64,000 bases of DNA from an uncultured Clostridium sp. GTDB lineage: Bacteria; Bacillota; Clostridia; TANB77; CAG-508. This document shows positions 22,096 to 33,171 of this stretch, piece after piece (position 1 is the first letter of the stretch; each line of letters opens with the position of its first letter). Under the pieces are notes generated by a model. It did not search any database. It was given only the letters and a program-made list of their open reading frames with translations, and was not told the DNA's origin. Made by a program: the position numbers and the translations under genes. The DNA lies in contig CANEEJ010000003.1 in the NCBI GenBank assembly GCA_947426525.1, positions 8,241 through 72,240 on the forward strand, written 5' to 3'.

Positions 22096-23059
22096 CTACC
22101 TCATTTTTAAATATAATTTGATATTTATGTATAATATTATTCTTTTTATTCCTTGTTTCAAATTGTATGGTTTTATATTTTTATACATTTTTCTTTGTTT
22201 GATTTTTTTGATATATTGTCCGTAGTTCTTTTTCTTTTAATGTTTTTGCTTTTAATATAATAGCATTGGTATAATATCTTTTTATTAATTCTTTTGTCTT
22301 TTGACTAACAGAATATTTTTCGATAACTTCTATCATATTATCATAATGTTCTATTAAGTCATTTGCTTTTTTTATTTCTTTTTCATAACTAACATCTCTT
22401 GTAATACTTTGTTCTGTTTGCAAATAATAATAGCCATATTCTTCTGTTGACACAAAGCTTTGAGCTTTTACCATAACAAGTGATGTTAAACCAAAATCTT
22501 CATGATAGGTTCCCTTTTTATATTGAAAATGATTTTGAAGAAAGAACTCTGTTTTGTATAAATAAATGCAAGCTGGGTCTAAGTATCTATCTTGTGTACA
22601 TAGTTTTTCAAATCCTTGCTCCCCTGTACATTTTTCAAATACTGGTCCTTCTATTTTTTCAAGTACTTTATCTTCTTTATCTACCATCTTCATTTTAAAC
22701 TTTATTAAGTCTATTTTTTGTTCCATGTATTTTTCTAAATTCGCATATAAATCTTTGGCAATATAATCATCTGAATCTACAAAAGAAATGTATTCTCCTG
22801 TTACATAAGGAAGAGCAAAATTCCTAGCATCTGATAACCCTCCATTTTCTTTTTTTAGGTATTGAATTGTTACTTTTGGATGCTCTTCCTTATATTTTTT
22901 TATCACTTCTTCTGACTTGTCTGTTGATCCATCATTTACTACTATAATTTCTAAATCTTGCATCGTTTGCTTTGCAATTGAATCTAAACATTTTTCTATA
23001 TATTTTTCTGTATTATATACAGGAACAATTACACTTACTTTTGGCATATAATTCCTCAC
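22096..23059 (-). CDS. GT2 glycosyltransferase; in-frame CGG at 22222..22220. The 0-frame stops at 22181 (292 aa), while a +1 shift gives 320 aa ending at 22096
   Basis: Motifs VIVPVYNTE, VNDGSTD and VDSDDY. CTA CGG ACA matches the CGG-A pattern. The +1 frame stays open for 41 codons in AT-rich DNA, ends at the next gene's RBS, and matches the paralog length (318 aa). Confidence 0.7.
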
Positions 23060-23065
23060 TATTTT

Positions 23066-24625
23066 CTAATATTCTTCTGATAATCTTACTAAAATTTTAT
23101 TATCCACTAATGTAATACAATCCTCTTTTGGCCATATTTCCATTTGATGCTCTTCTGCATATTTCTTTGCTTCTTCGAACTCTTGTATCGTTGGTCCTGT
23201 AAATCTTTGTCCTAAAATATTTAAAAATACAGTAGCTCTTTGATTTACTCCCCATATTTCTTCATAGTCAAATTCAAAGAAAGATTTCCCAATTACTTCA
23301 CTTTTTTGATATAAGTTTTTTAACTTATCTGGTGTATGTCTTCCAATAAAAATAATTTTATATTCTTGGTTAACATCATACCATTCTTTTTCTTCAATTC
23401 TGTCAATAAGTCTATAAGCAAATGCTTTGTCATTTTCATAAACCACATCAACTGAATAGAATAAATTGGCACAAGTATAACTTTGTATATATACAATAAT
23501 ACATGCTAATAATAGCATAATGTTTTTAGCTATTTTTAATTTATTTTTATTTGCTAAAAATACAACTACCAACATCATAACAAAACCGATTACAAAAGAA
23601 TAGTTAAATTGTGTTCTTTTTAATTGGTCTACCCCTGTTATTATCATAATATAGAATGGTGCCATTACTAGGCCTACAAAAGCAAGGATTACTCCCACTT
23701 TCATTTTTTTCTTTTTTACTAAATACACCATAGCTATTATCATGCTGATAACTGATAAAGCATAACCATAATGATAGAAAATTCCCTCTCCATTCCATAC
23801 TGGTTTTATACAATTCCAAATATTAAGTAAGCATTGCCCTATACTATCTTTTAACCATGCTGATTGTAAGTAACTTCCATTGTTTTCTCCTGTTACTTTA
23901 GATACAACAAAATAGATAATAGCTCCTGCAACAAATATTCCTATTTGTTGGAATAAGAATTTCCAATTGTTATCATTTTCTTTTAATACTTTTAACAAAT
24001 AGCAAGCTACTACTGTTACAATATATAATAATGGTATAGATTGATAAATTCCAAAGCTAAAAGCAATTAGAAATATACTTATACTAAAATAAACTATTTT
24101 TTTAACTTTATTGGTTATTTCCATAGCTCGATTGATAAATAGTAAAGCTACTGGTATCATTAAAATCCCAATGGCTACTCCTACATTTTGTATGATAAAG
24201 TTGTAGTGTTCTGCAAATATAGGATTACTAATAAATATAATAGGAAATATGAATTGATATTTTATAAAAGTTTCCTTGTATTTATCTGGCATATAAGTAT
24301 AAAATAAGTAATTAAAAGTAATTGCATATCCTATCATTGTAATTACTGTTAAGTAATTAGATGCAAATATTGGTAAGGCTCCCATTTGTAGGACTTGATT
24401 TAATAAAACAAGTCCCCATCTATTTAAACTAAGCCACCAATCCCAATTAGAACTGTTTTGTATGTTATTAATATATAGTTCGGTATCGATTGAAAAGCTT
24501 CCACTTATTAGTCTTTGTCCAAAAGCAAATAATGCTACTAAAACAATGATTATAATGGAGTATTTTGATTTTTTGATAAATTCTATTAAATTGTTTTCTT
24601 TATTTTTTTCCATTTTTCTTTCCAT
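23066..24625 (-). CDS. Large polytopic membrane protein, putative GT-C/GtrII-like extracytoplasmic glycosyltransferase
   Basis: 519 aa with ~11 TM helices and a soluble C-terminal domain. It shares the locus with GtrB-like and GtrA-like genes. Confidence 0.5.
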   Translation of the reverse strand: MERKMEKNKENNLIEFIKKSKYSIIIIVLVALFAFGQRLISGSFSIDTELYINNIQNSSNWDWWLSLNRWGLVLLNQVLQMGALPIFASNYLTVITMIGYAITFNYLFYTYMPDKYKETFIKYQFIFPIIFISNPIFAEHYNFIIQNVGVAIGILMIPVALLFINRAMEITNKVKKIVYFSISIFLIAFSFGIYQSIPLLYIVTVVACYLLKVLKENDNNWKFLFQQIGIFVAGAIIYFVVSKVTGENNGSYLQSAWLKDSIGQCLLNIWNCIKPVWNGEGIFYHYGYALSVISMIIAMVYLVKKKKMKVGVILAFVGLVMAPFYIMIITGVDQLKRTQFNYSFVIGFVMMLVVVFLANKNKLKIAKNIMLLLACIIVYIQSYTCANLFYSVDVVYENDKAFAYRLIDRIEEKEWYDVNQEYKIIFIGRHTPDKLKNLYQKSEVIGKSFFEFDYEEIWGVNQRATVFLNILGQRFTGPTIQEFEEAKKYAEEHQMEIWPKEDCITLVDNKILVRLSEEY

Positions 24626-24890
24626 TCCCCTTTATTTTTTCCCTTAGCTTCCACCAACGAGAATTTTTGATTTGTTCTAATTCTTGTTGGTGTTGTTCCA
24701 TTTTTCTAACCACTTCTTGGAATTCTTCTTTGTAGTATTTTTCTTCTTCACAATGTTTTTGTATACTCTTTGTTAATTCCTCTATTCTTCTATCTTTTAA
24801 ATTATTTACATATTCATATTCTAATCTTATTCCTTCTGATTTTATAGTTAAATTGTCAATTTGTTTTTTCATTATTTTTGTTTCATCCAT
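24600..24890 (-). CDS. Hypothetical coiled-coil protein (96 aa)
   Basis: ORF in operon context with a charged, heptad-like sequence. Confidence 0.4.
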   Translation of the reverse strand: MDETKIMKKQIDNLTIKSEGIRLEYEYVNNLKDRRIEELTKSIQKHCEEEKYYKEEFQEVVRKMEQHQQELEQIKNSRWWKLREKIKGNGKKNGKK

Positions 24891-24891
24891 A

Positions 24892-25917
24892 TTATACCTT
24901 CGCTCCTTTTTGCAATTCTATCTTTTCTATAAAATCTTCTATATGTGCTTCCTCTGGTGTCATTTTTCTTGTGTGCCAATTTAAATTAGAATCCCAATAT
25001 CCTTCACATTCTCTTGTTCCTGGTCCATAACAGTAACTTATTTCATTTATTACAATTTCATCCCCATCATACATAAAATCATAAGCCATGCTTTGAAAAT
25101 TACATTTTTTTGATACTTCAAATGCTATTTTTACTGCTTCTATAGGTATTTTAGTAATATCATAGTCTTTTTTTCCACTTCCAGATGCACGAAAATCGTT
25201 TTCCCTATTATATCGTATAAATCCAAAACATCTGTCACCAATTACTACAATTCTTATATCATATTCATTGTTTGGTAAAAACTTTTGAAAATAAACATAA
25301 TCTTTTTGCATCATATAGTACCATGGTGGTGTAGGATATTCTCCATTTTTTATGTATCTAATTCCTTCTTTTAATCTTTCTTTTTTAGTCTTATTTTCTT
25401 CAAACTCATTTATAGTATAAGGAAATACGCCCTTTTTGAACATTTTTTCTACTATGTTTTTAGCTTCTGTTTGATTATTTATTTTTATTACATTAGCTGA
25501 ACCAGCTCCTACTGACAATTTAAAAACTAATGGATATTCTGCTGTTTTTATGAAATTCATTGCTTCCTCATAATCATAGAATACCCAAGATGGTATACTT
25601 GGTGCATCAATTGATTTTAATAAATAGTGTTGTGCTACTTTTTCATCATAATGCCAACAGCTATTTAAATCAGGAAATATTGGAATATTTAAATTTAATT
25701 GTATATTAGACAATATTTTAGGTGCCACAATTTTATCAAATGGATAATGGAACCAATGCCACATCACTCCATCACAATCTTTTACTTGGCTCATAATATC
25801 TGTATCATAAAAGTTTAATTTTTTTACTTCTATATCTTTTTTGCTTAATAATTTTTCCCATTCATATGCCCAACTATATTCTGGCATTCCCTCAATATAA
25901 TGAATTCCTATTTTCAT
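24892..25917 (-). CDS. ATP-grasp domain protein
   Basis: 341 aa with YPLVFKLSVGAGSANV... and a C-terminal E/N-rich ATP-grasp pattern (VINEISYCYG). Confidence 0.6.
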   Translation of the reverse strand: MKIGIHYIEGMPEYSWAYEWEKLLSKKDIEVKKLNFYDTDIMSQVKDCDGVMWHWFHYPFDKIVAPKILSNIQLNLNIPIFPDLNSCWHYDEKVAQHYLLKSIDAPSIPSWVFYDYEEAMNFIKTAEYPLVFKLSVGAGSANVIKINNQTEAKNIVEKMFKKGVFPYTINEFEENKTKKERLKEGIRYIKNGEYPTPPWYYMMQKDYVYFQKFLPNNEYDIRIVVIGDRCFGFIRYNRENDFRASGSGKKDYDITKIPIEAVKIAFEVSKKCNFQSMAYDFMYDGDEIVINEISYCYGPGTRECEGYWDSNLNWHTRKMTPEEAHIEDFIEKIELQKGAKV

Positions 25918-25941
25918 TTATTTCTTCCTCCAATAGTCCTA

Positions 25942-26994
25942 CTATTTCCTATTTTTATACTCTCTTTTTTTTAAATTTGTTTCAAAAAAATCTTTAAATT
26001 GTTTAGCTATTACATCATAACTATATTTTTCTATTTCCTTTAAATTTTCTTCTGATAATTCTTTAAACATTTTTGGATTGCTTATTAATTTTTTGATTTT
26101 TTCTTTTACATTTTCGATTGTTCTTTCGTTTACTATAAATTCTGCTTGTTTTTCTCCTAGTACTTCTTCTACAAACCCAACATTTGTAGAAATAATAGGA
26201 ACACCACAACACATAGCTTCTAATATTGTATTAGGTCCTCCTTCTTCTTTTGAGGTACATACATATAAATCGATTTTATTATAGAATTCTTTCATTTCTT
26301 CTATTGGCGTAAACTTAATACTTCTGTCTGCTAATTCTAGTTGAATATCATACCCTTCTTCTTTTAGTTGTTGTATTGCTGGAATTAATATGGTATCTAC
26401 CCCTTTTATATCTTCTCCATGTCCTTTTCCATCCCAGTCTCCCCATTTGCTGTTTCCACTCCATCCAATTACTAAAGTTCTATTTTCCATCTTACTAAAT
26501 CTTTCTAGATTTTTGGGTTGAAATAATTGTGTATTTGCGCCTCCTCGTATCACTCCATAAGGCTTTCTACAATCTAATTCATTATAAATTTTCAATAGTT
26601 TTTGTGACATTACATAATAGTCATCTACAAAATTTAATGTCTTTTTACTGTTCTCTATATTCTCTTCATCTAACAAAGCATGATCTGGAACACATGTGGT
26701 TTTTACAATTTGACTAAGTTTTTCTTCTATAAATGTTTGTGCATCTATTTGATTTCTTTTAAAAACAACATTTTCGTTTGATAAAGAAAATAGCAAACCT
26801 CTCCAAAAGAAATGAACTAAGTCACAATCTTGAACCAACAAAGCAACCTGCAATACATTATCTTGTAATGCTGTTGTTGCTGGGATGATTTTAAATTCAA
26901 AATCTTCTGCCAATCTTTCTTCAATAAATTTCGCTCTATTGTAAAATGCCCAGTTATCCGTATCTACAATTAATGCTATTTTAGGTTTTCTCAT
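25942..26994 (-). CDS. GT4/GT1-family glycosyltransferase
   Basis: EX7E region EEGGPNTILEAMCCGVPIISTNVG. Confidence 0.8.
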   Translation of the reverse strand: MRKPKIALIVDTDNWAFYNRAKFIEERLAEDFEFKIIPATTALQDNVLQVALLVQDCDLVHFFWRGLLFSLSNENVVFKRNQIDAQTFIEEKLSQIVKTTCVPDHALLDEENIENSKKTLNFVDDYYVMSQKLLKIYNELDCRKPYGVIRGGANTQLFQPKNLERFSKMENRTLVIGWSGNSKWGDWDGKGHGEDIKGVDTILIPAIQQLKEEGYDIQLELADRSIKFTPIEEMKEFYNKIDLYVCTSKEEGGPNTILEAMCCGVPIISTNVGFVEEVLGEKQAEFIVNERTIENVKEKIKKLISNPKMFKELSEENLKEIEKYSYDVIAKQFKDFFETNLKKREYKNRK

Positions 26995-27008
26995 ACCTTT
27001 CCTCTTTT

Positions 27009-28154
27009 CTATCCTTTTATAAATTCTTCCACTAATTTTTCACATTTTATATCAAATTCTTTTTTCCAAGTTTGATATAATTCCATAATTTCTTCCTTAT
27101 GCTCCAATACTTGCATAATTTTATCTTTAATATAGTTAGCATCATCTTCTTTTTCTAGAATAACATATTCTCCTAATTTCGTACCTACAAAATAATCATT
27201 GTTATTTCCTAGTAAACATGGTACTCCCATTTCAAAACTCTCTAGTGGGAACATTGGTGCATTTTCTGTGAAAGTTGGATAAATGTTAATATCATTTTTC
27301 TGTATTCTTTTCATTAATTCTTCATTTGGAATATAGTCATCAATACTAGTTGTTTCTAAATTTAATATTTCGGTAAATTTTTTTGCTCCTTCATTTATAG
27401 GAACTACATCTGCTACTGCATTTGGTACTAATTTCATACTACTAAGTGCGGTGTATATATTTTTTAATTCTCTTGTATCAGCATTGTAAATTCCTATTTT
27501 TGTTTTTTCGTTTTTATTTTTTGCTATTTTCCCAGCATTTTCCTTATATACATTATTTTGTAAATAATAAGATTTAAATCCTACTTTTTTATAGAATTCA
27601 TACATCGTGCTTCTTACAAATGCAAAACAATCAATTTTACCTTGTTTATATAATTGCATAACTTCTTTGTTTAAATTCCAAGTAAAATCCGAAAAATATT
27701 CATAACAGTTTCCATGCCAAATTACTTTGGTTTGGATTTCATTCTTTTTCTTTTTTATCTCTGCAATCGTTTCTGTCCATCCATCACAAATTTGGCTAAA
27801 TATAACTGATTTTATATTGTTCTGCACAATTTCTTTTGTTATTTTTTGAATGTCTTTTTTATCATACATATGCTCTAATGGTACATTATTTTTAAATAAT
27901 CCTTTTGTAGAAGCTGCTACTCCAAGCCACGTTGGATTATAGAACACAATATAATCTTCGTCTTTGTATTGTCTTATTATCTCTATTGCTTCTTGTACTC
28001 TTTGGCTATATTTCTTATTTTGTTCTTTTACTTCTTTGCTATGTGTCATTTTATATTTGGCTGTACTTAAAATATGGTATGACTTGCGTAAAACTTTATA
28101 AGGAAAACTATCTTTTTTTATAAAACTTTTAAAAAAATTCTTAATTTTTTGCAA
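27009..28154 (-). CDS. GT1/GT4-like glycosyltransferase, paralog of 28169..29140
   Basis: C-terminal FPLESFEMGVPCLLGNNNDYF resembles the GT-B nucleotide-sugar binding region. The shared architecture with the neighbouring gene is visible in the translations. Confidence 0.55.
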   Translation of the reverse strand: MQKIKNFFKSFIKKDSFPYKVLRKSYHILSTAKYKMTHSKEVKEQNKKYSQRVQEAIEIIRQYKDEDYIVFYNPTWLGVAASTKGLFKNNVPLEHMYDKKDIQKITKEIVQNNIKSVIFSQICDGWTETIAEIKKKKNEIQTKVIWHGNCYEYFSDFTWNLNKEVMQLYKQGKIDCFAFVRSTMYEFYKKVGFKSYYLQNNVYKENAGKIAKNKNEKTKIGIYNADTRELKNIYTALSSMKLVPNAVADVVPINEGAKKFTEILNLETTSIDDYIPNEELMKRIQKNDINIYPTFTENAPMFPLESFEMGVPCLLGNNNDYFVGTKLGEYVILEKEDDANYIKDKIMQVLEHKEEIMELYQTWKKEFDIKCEKLVEEFIKG

Positions 28155-28168
28155 TGTTCTCTCTCCTT

Positions 28169-29140
28169 TTATTGGTTAATAAAGTCTTCTAAAGACTTCT
28201 GTGCTTTTTGATTATATTTTTCTTTCCATTCTTGGTATAATTTTTGTATTTTTTCTCTATTTTCAAGAATGATTTTAACCATTTTAGCATTTATAATCGC
28301 ATTATCTTCTGCTTTAGTAACAAGATAGGTTTCTAATTCTTCTTTCTCTTCAAAAAAGTCTGAATTGTTTCCAATTAAGCAAGGAATTCCTAGCTCCATA
28401 CTGATGAAGAAAATAGGATGTACATATTCTGTAAAAGATGTTGCTACCATTACATCGTTTTTACTTACTTGGTTGATAATATATTTTTCTTCTATTTTTT
28501 CAATTTTATCTGGTGTATTAGAGATTTCCATTGTATTTAAGAAATCTCCCATCCTTTCATCTAAATTATTATAATTCAAATTACAATTTTCCATAAATTT
28601 GGCAATACATAATTGATTAAATATATTTTTATCCCAAGTATAGTTTAATGGATAAATTCCTAAATCTATTTTTTCATTTTTTTCTTTTATTTTTACTTTT
28701 TGTTTTTCTTCTAATGTATAGTTCTCTCTTAGATGAGAACATGTATAGCCTAAGTTTTTATAAGTTTCATATTGACTTTTTCTTAAGAAAGCAATATTTT
28801 CTATTACTCCTTTTTTTGATAGCTCTAATAATTTAAAGAAGTTTTCTCTTTCATATTCATAATACAAAAGACTATCTTGTGTATTACAAATTACTTTTAT
28901 TTTTAAGTTTGGATATTTTTCTTTTATATCTTTTATTAACTTGTCCCATCCAATTTCCAAGCCAGAAAAAATAATTTGTTCTATTCCTTCTTCTATATAT
29001 TTTTCGATTATTTTTCGATTGTTATTATAATCGAAATCTGTCCATCCTAAATTAATTGCTTGTGTATTTTTAAACATATTTGTAATGCATATATTATCTT
29101 CTGGCTTCTTATCACCATATAATAAGACATATTTCTTCAT
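28169..29140 (-). CDS. GT1/GT4-like glycosyltransferase, paralog of 27009..28154
   Basis: C-terminal HPIFFISMELGIPCLIGNNSDFF, and both paralogs share the ending Q.WK..(Y/F)..K....L(E/V)(D/E)FI. Confidence 0.55.
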   Translation of the reverse strand: MKKYVLLYGDKKPEDNICITNMFKNTQAINLGWTDFDYNNNRKIIEKYIEEGIEQIIFSGLEIGWDKLIKDIKEKYPNLKIKVICNTQDSLLYYEYERENFFKLLELSKKGVIENIAFLRKSQYETYKNLGYTCSHLRENYTLEEKQKVKIKEKNEKIDLGIYPLNYTWDKNIFNQLCIAKFMENCNLNYNNLDERMGDFLNTMEISNTPDKIEKIEEKYIINQVSKNDVMVATSFTEYVHPIFFISMELGIPCLIGNNSDFFEEKEELETYLVTKAEDNAIINAKMVKIILENREKIQKLYQEWKEKYNQKAQKSLEDFINQ

Positions 29141-29144
29141 AAAT

Positions 29145-31046
29145 TTATCCCTTTCCTAAAATCTTCCTTATGATTGCTTTTCCATTTAATAAAGTATTCA
29201 TATATTCAATATCATTATGCACAATAAAAGCTTCTTTCCACATCTCATTTCTTAACATATTTCTACATTTGAAAATATTTAATTTTTCCATGGTAGATAA
29301 TTTATCATCTTTTTCTACATATTCTGCTGTTCCAAAGGTGTCATTAAACACCATGCTATAATAAGCTTCTATTAATTCTTTACTTGGGTTTGTTTTTGTT
29401 TTTCTAATTAAGTCATATACATAAGCTTTGGTTTCCCTTGCTTCATATGGGTGATATTTCATATAATCATTTATTATTTCTGCTCCTGCAAACATTCCTT
29501 CTTGTAATGGCATAATGTATTTTTTTACAATTTCCATTTCTTCTGTTTTCGCTTTTCTAATGGCTTCTCCTTGCTTGTACTCAATTACACTTGCTGTTCC
29601 AGGATTGTAAATCCACTCTAATAAAGTAATCATATTAGCTACTTCATTATCTCTTATGTTTTTGTCATCAATAAAGCTTATCTTTTTCGTATTTTGTGGT
29701 TGTAAATTATAAAAATCATATAATGTTAAGTAATATCCTTCTATTTGTTTATTGGTAAATATATGTGCTAAATTATCTTGAATGGTTCCTCTCCAGCCAA
29801 TATCAACTACAAACATTGGCTCTTCGTTGTTTGTAACTCCTTTTTTCTTTTCAAAATATTCTAATAATTCTTCTCTTTTTCTTTTTAATTCTTTGTTTAC
29901 TTTTTCTGTAAATTCTTTATCTGCACATAGTCTTTGCACTCTAATATCAAACCATGGTTCTACAATATCTTCTTCTGGTTTGATATCATATTTTCCCATA
30001 AATTCTTTATAAGGTTTAATATCGATTGCTAAGGTTTTAAATAATGTTTTCATGCTTTGTACTCTATATTGTGACCATAAACGTAGTAATTCTGAAATCG
30101 AAAATTCCTCTAAAGATGCTGAAAATGTTGCCATTCTGCTAACTTCTATGGTATCACAATCTGGTACTGGTACACCAAAAGGATTGTTTTTCTTAATTAA
30201 TTCATGTATTTTTATAAAGGTTTCTCCTTCTCTTGTACAGTAATATACTTTTGGTATTTTATTTTTAATCGCATATTCTACGATACTATAACCAAAAAAG
30301 TATAGTAGTGGTGCTAAGTCTACTCCACTATTAAATAGTTTGTTTTCTTTTTTTAAGCATGCTAAATCAAACTCAAATTTTCTTCCTTTTTCTGGAACAA
30401 AATTAAAGTCTGTTTTCGTTGTTTTTATCGTTTCTATTCCTAAGCTATTTGCCATTTCTATATCAGAGAATTGATTGTCTCCTACATGAATGTGTTCTTT
30501 TGGTGTAATTCCTATTTCTTCTTCTGCTTTTTTGAATAAGTTTCCCGTTCTTTTATTTAATAAGTAATCTGCTGAACTATATATTTTTTCTATTTTTATT
30601 GGCAAATTCAAAGAATCTAATAGCTCTTTTAAAGCTTCTGCTCCCATATAAAAATCAGAGATACAATATTTTTTTAAATCCTTATATTTTTCAAAAATTG
30701 GTAAAATTTCTGGATTAATAAAGATAGCTCTTTTTTCTTGTTCTATCTCTTCTTTTAATAGTTCGTCTGCTATGTCTCCTATTTCTTCTTTCATAATTTC
30801 TTTTTGTAATTTTTTAAATACTTCTATAATCTGACATTCATCATCGTGTCCCTTTTCTTTATTTTGTTTGCATTCTTCTGCTTCTATTTCATCTCTTAGT
30901 TTTAATATTTCATAAATATCTTTATATTTTTCTTTTAATTTTTCTTCATATTTTAATACTATGTATTTAGCTGTATGTAGTTTTATTTCTTCTGGATGAC
31001 ATTTTCTTTTTATAATCGTATCCCAAATATCAAAGCTTATAATCAT
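29145..31046 (-). CDS. HAD-superfamily domain protein with a large uncharacterised C-terminal domain
   Basis: MIISFDIWDTIIKR contains the HAD DxD motif, and HVGDNQFSDI is also present. The start was chosen at the ATG with an AAAGGA RBS (31046) rather than the ORF-track start at 31091. Confidence 0.6.
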   Translation of the reverse strand: MIISFDIWDTIIKRKCHPEEIKLHTAKYIVLKYEEKLKEKYKDIYEILKLRDEIEAEECKQNKEKGHDDECQIIEVFKKLQKEIMKEEIGDIADELLKEEIEQEKRAIFINPEILPIFEKYKDLKKYCISDFYMGAEALKELLDSLNLPIKIEKIYSSADYLLNKRTGNLFKKAEEEIGITPKEHIHVGDNQFSDIEMANSLGIETIKTTKTDFNFVPEKGRKFEFDLACLKKENKLFNSGVDLAPLLYFFGYSIVEYAIKNKIPKVYYCTREGETFIKIHELIKKNNPFGVPVPDCDTIEVSRMATFSASLEEFSISELLRLWSQYRVQSMKTLFKTLAIDIKPYKEFMGKYDIKPEEDIVEPWFDIRVQRLCADKEFTEKVNKELKRKREELLEYFEKKKGVTNNEEPMFVVDIGWRGTIQDNLAHIFTNKQIEGYYLTLYDFYNLQPQNTKKISFIDDKNIRDNEVANMITLLEWIYNPGTASVIEYKQGEAIRKAKTEEMEIVKKYIMPLQEGMFAGAEIINDYMKYHPYEARETKAYVYDLIRKTKTNPSKELIEAYYSMVFNDTFGTAEYVEKDDKLSTMEKLNIFKCRNMLRNEMWKEAFIVHNDIEYMNTLLNGKAIIRKILGKG

Positions 31047-31166
31047 TTTTCTACATCCTTTCTTTTTCTTTTTTCTTCCCCATTCTATCATTTATTCACT
31101 GTATAATCAAGCTTTCTAGCAAAATAAAAGAGTTAATCTTTCAAAAGATTAACTCTTTGTTTAATT

Positions 31167-32672
31167 TTATTTATATTGATTATCAATTTCTTTTAAAATA
31201 ACATCATGTGCTCCACCTTCAACAATACTAATATCGGAAACTAATGTTAATCTTGCCTTTTCATGGAATTCTGGAATAGTAATACATCCACAGTTACACA
31301 TAGTTGATTTTATTTTAGCAACTGTAATTGCTAAATTATCTTTTAATCTACCAGCATAAGGGATATAAGAGTCAACTCCTTCTTCAAAAGAAAGTTTTTT
31401 AGCTCCTCCCATGTCATATCTTTGCCAATTTCTAGCTCTATTAGAACCTTCTCCCCAATATTCTTTTACAAAAGCATTTCCCTTTTTGATTACTCTTGTT
31501 GGGCTCTCGTCAAATCTTGCAAAATATCTTCCCATCATTACAAAATCTGCTCCTAAAGCTAATGCTATGGTAATATGATAATCATGTACAATTCCACCAT
31601 CAATACATAATGGAATATAAATTCCTGTTTCTTCAAAATATTCATCACGAGCTTTTGCTACATCAATTAGAGCTGAGGCATTTCCACGTCCAATCCCTTT
31701 TGTTTCACGAGTGATACAAATAGAACCTCCTCCTACTCCTATTTTAATAAAGTCTGCTCCTGCTTTGGCTAAGTACATAAATCCTTCTCTATCTACTACG
31801 TTTCCTGCTCCTATTTTTACATCGTCTCCATATTTTTCTCTTACAAAGTCAATGGTATTTTTTTGCCAAATAGAGTATCCATCAGAAGAATCCATACAAA
31901 TCATGTCTACTCCTGCTTCTACTAAAGCTGGTATTCTTTCTTCATAATCTCTTGTATTAATTCCAGCCCCTACAATATATCTCTTATTTTCGTCCAATAA
32001 AGAATTTGGGTTATTTTTTCTTTCTTCGTAATCTCTTCTAAATACTAAATATTTTAGTCTTTCTTCTTCATCTAAGATTGGCAAACATGCAATTTTGTTC
32101 TCCCAAATGATGTCATTTGCTTCTGATAGACTAATTCCTTCATGCGCCCATACTACATTTTCTTTTGGTGTCATGAATTTATCAATTGGTTCGTCAAAAT
32201 TGTCTCTTGATATTCTATAATCTTTGTCTGTTACTAGTCCTATAAATTTTCCTCTTGCTGTTCCGTCATCTGTAATAATAACAGTAGAATGTCCTGTCTC
32301 TTCAATTAAATCAATTACTTCTCTTAATGATGTTCCTGTTTTTACGTTAGAATCACTTACTACAAATCCTGCTTTGTGTTTTTTAACATGTCTTACCATT
32401 CTTGCTTGTGATTCGATGGATTGAGATCCATAAATGAAGGCTACTCCTCCTTCTCTTGCTAATGCAATTCCCATCTCTTCTCCTGATACCGCTTGCATAA
32501 TGGCTGATACCATTGGTACATTAGCATAGTATTTTGCTTCTTCTCCTTTTTTGTATTTTACTAACGGTGTTCTTAATGATACATTGTTTGGTATACATCT
32601 TTCATCCGTTAAATTTGGTAATAGTAAGTACTCGTTAAATGTTCTTGAAATATCTTCTACGATTTTTGCCAT
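31167..32672 (-). CDS. guaB: IMP dehydrogenase
   Basis: 501 aa with a CBS pair, catalytic loop [12 protein letters not shown], and GADFVMMG. Confidence 0.9.
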   Translation of the reverse strand: MAKIVEDISRTFNEYLLLPNLTDERCIPNNVSLRTPLVKYKKGEEAKYYANVPMVSAIMQAVSGEEMGIALAREGGVAFIYGSQSIESQARMVRHVKKHKAGFVVSDSNVKTGTSLREVIDLIEETGHSTVIITDDGTARGKFIGLVTDKDYRISRDNFDEPIDKFMTPKENVVWAHEGISLSEANDIIWENKIACLPILDEEERLKYLVFRRDYEERKNNPNSLLDENKRYIVGAGINTRDYEERIPALVEAGVDMICMDSSDGYSIWQKNTIDFVREKYGDDVKIGAGNVVDREGFMYLAKAGADFIKIGVGGGSICITRETKGIGRGNASALIDVAKARDEYFEETGIYIPLCIDGGIVHDYHITIALALGADFVMMGRYFARFDESPTRVIKKGNAFVKEYWGEGSNRARNWQRYDMGGAKKLSFEEGVDSYIPYAGRLKDNLAITVAKIKSTMCNCGCITIPEFHEKARLTLVSDISIVEGGAHDVILKEIDNQYK

Positions 32673-32828
32673 TTTTAATCCCTTTCCTTTCTCTTTTCTA
32701 TTCTTCCATTATACAACAATTTTCTGCACTTGTAAACATTTTCTATTCAAGTTTGACTTTTTGCTGACAAATTTCCATACAAAAAAGAATACTATTTCTA
32801 GTACTCTTCTCTTTTATAAAAAACATAA

Positions 32829-33089
32829 TTATTGTTCTACTGGATAAACACTTACTTGTTTTTTATCTCTACCTTTTCTTTCAAATTTTACAGTTCCATC
32901 TACTAATGCATATAAAGTATCATCACTACCTTTTCCAACATTAGTTCCTGGATGCATTTTGGTTCCTCTTTGTCTTACTAGAATGTTTCCTGCTAAAACA
33001 AATTGACCATCAGCTCTTTTGACACCAAGACGTTTAGATTCACTCTCTCTACCGTTATGGCTGCTACCTTGACCTTTCTTATGAGCCAT
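32829..33089 (-). CDS. rpmA: 50S ribosomal protein L27 (no N-terminal propeptide)
   Basis: [24 protein letters not shown]..., with a strong RBS directly upstream of this ATG. Confidence 0.95.
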   Translation of the reverse strand: MAHKKGQGSSHNGRESESKRLGVKRADGQFVLAGNILVRQRGTKMHPGTNVGKGSDDTLYALVDGTVKFERKGRDKKQVSVYPVEQ

Positions 33090-33171
33090 GCTTTTTCACT
33101 CCTTTCGGTTTTCTATTTCGTTTATGTTCGTTCGATTTTATTTCTAAAATTCTGTTTGAAACTTAATTAAT

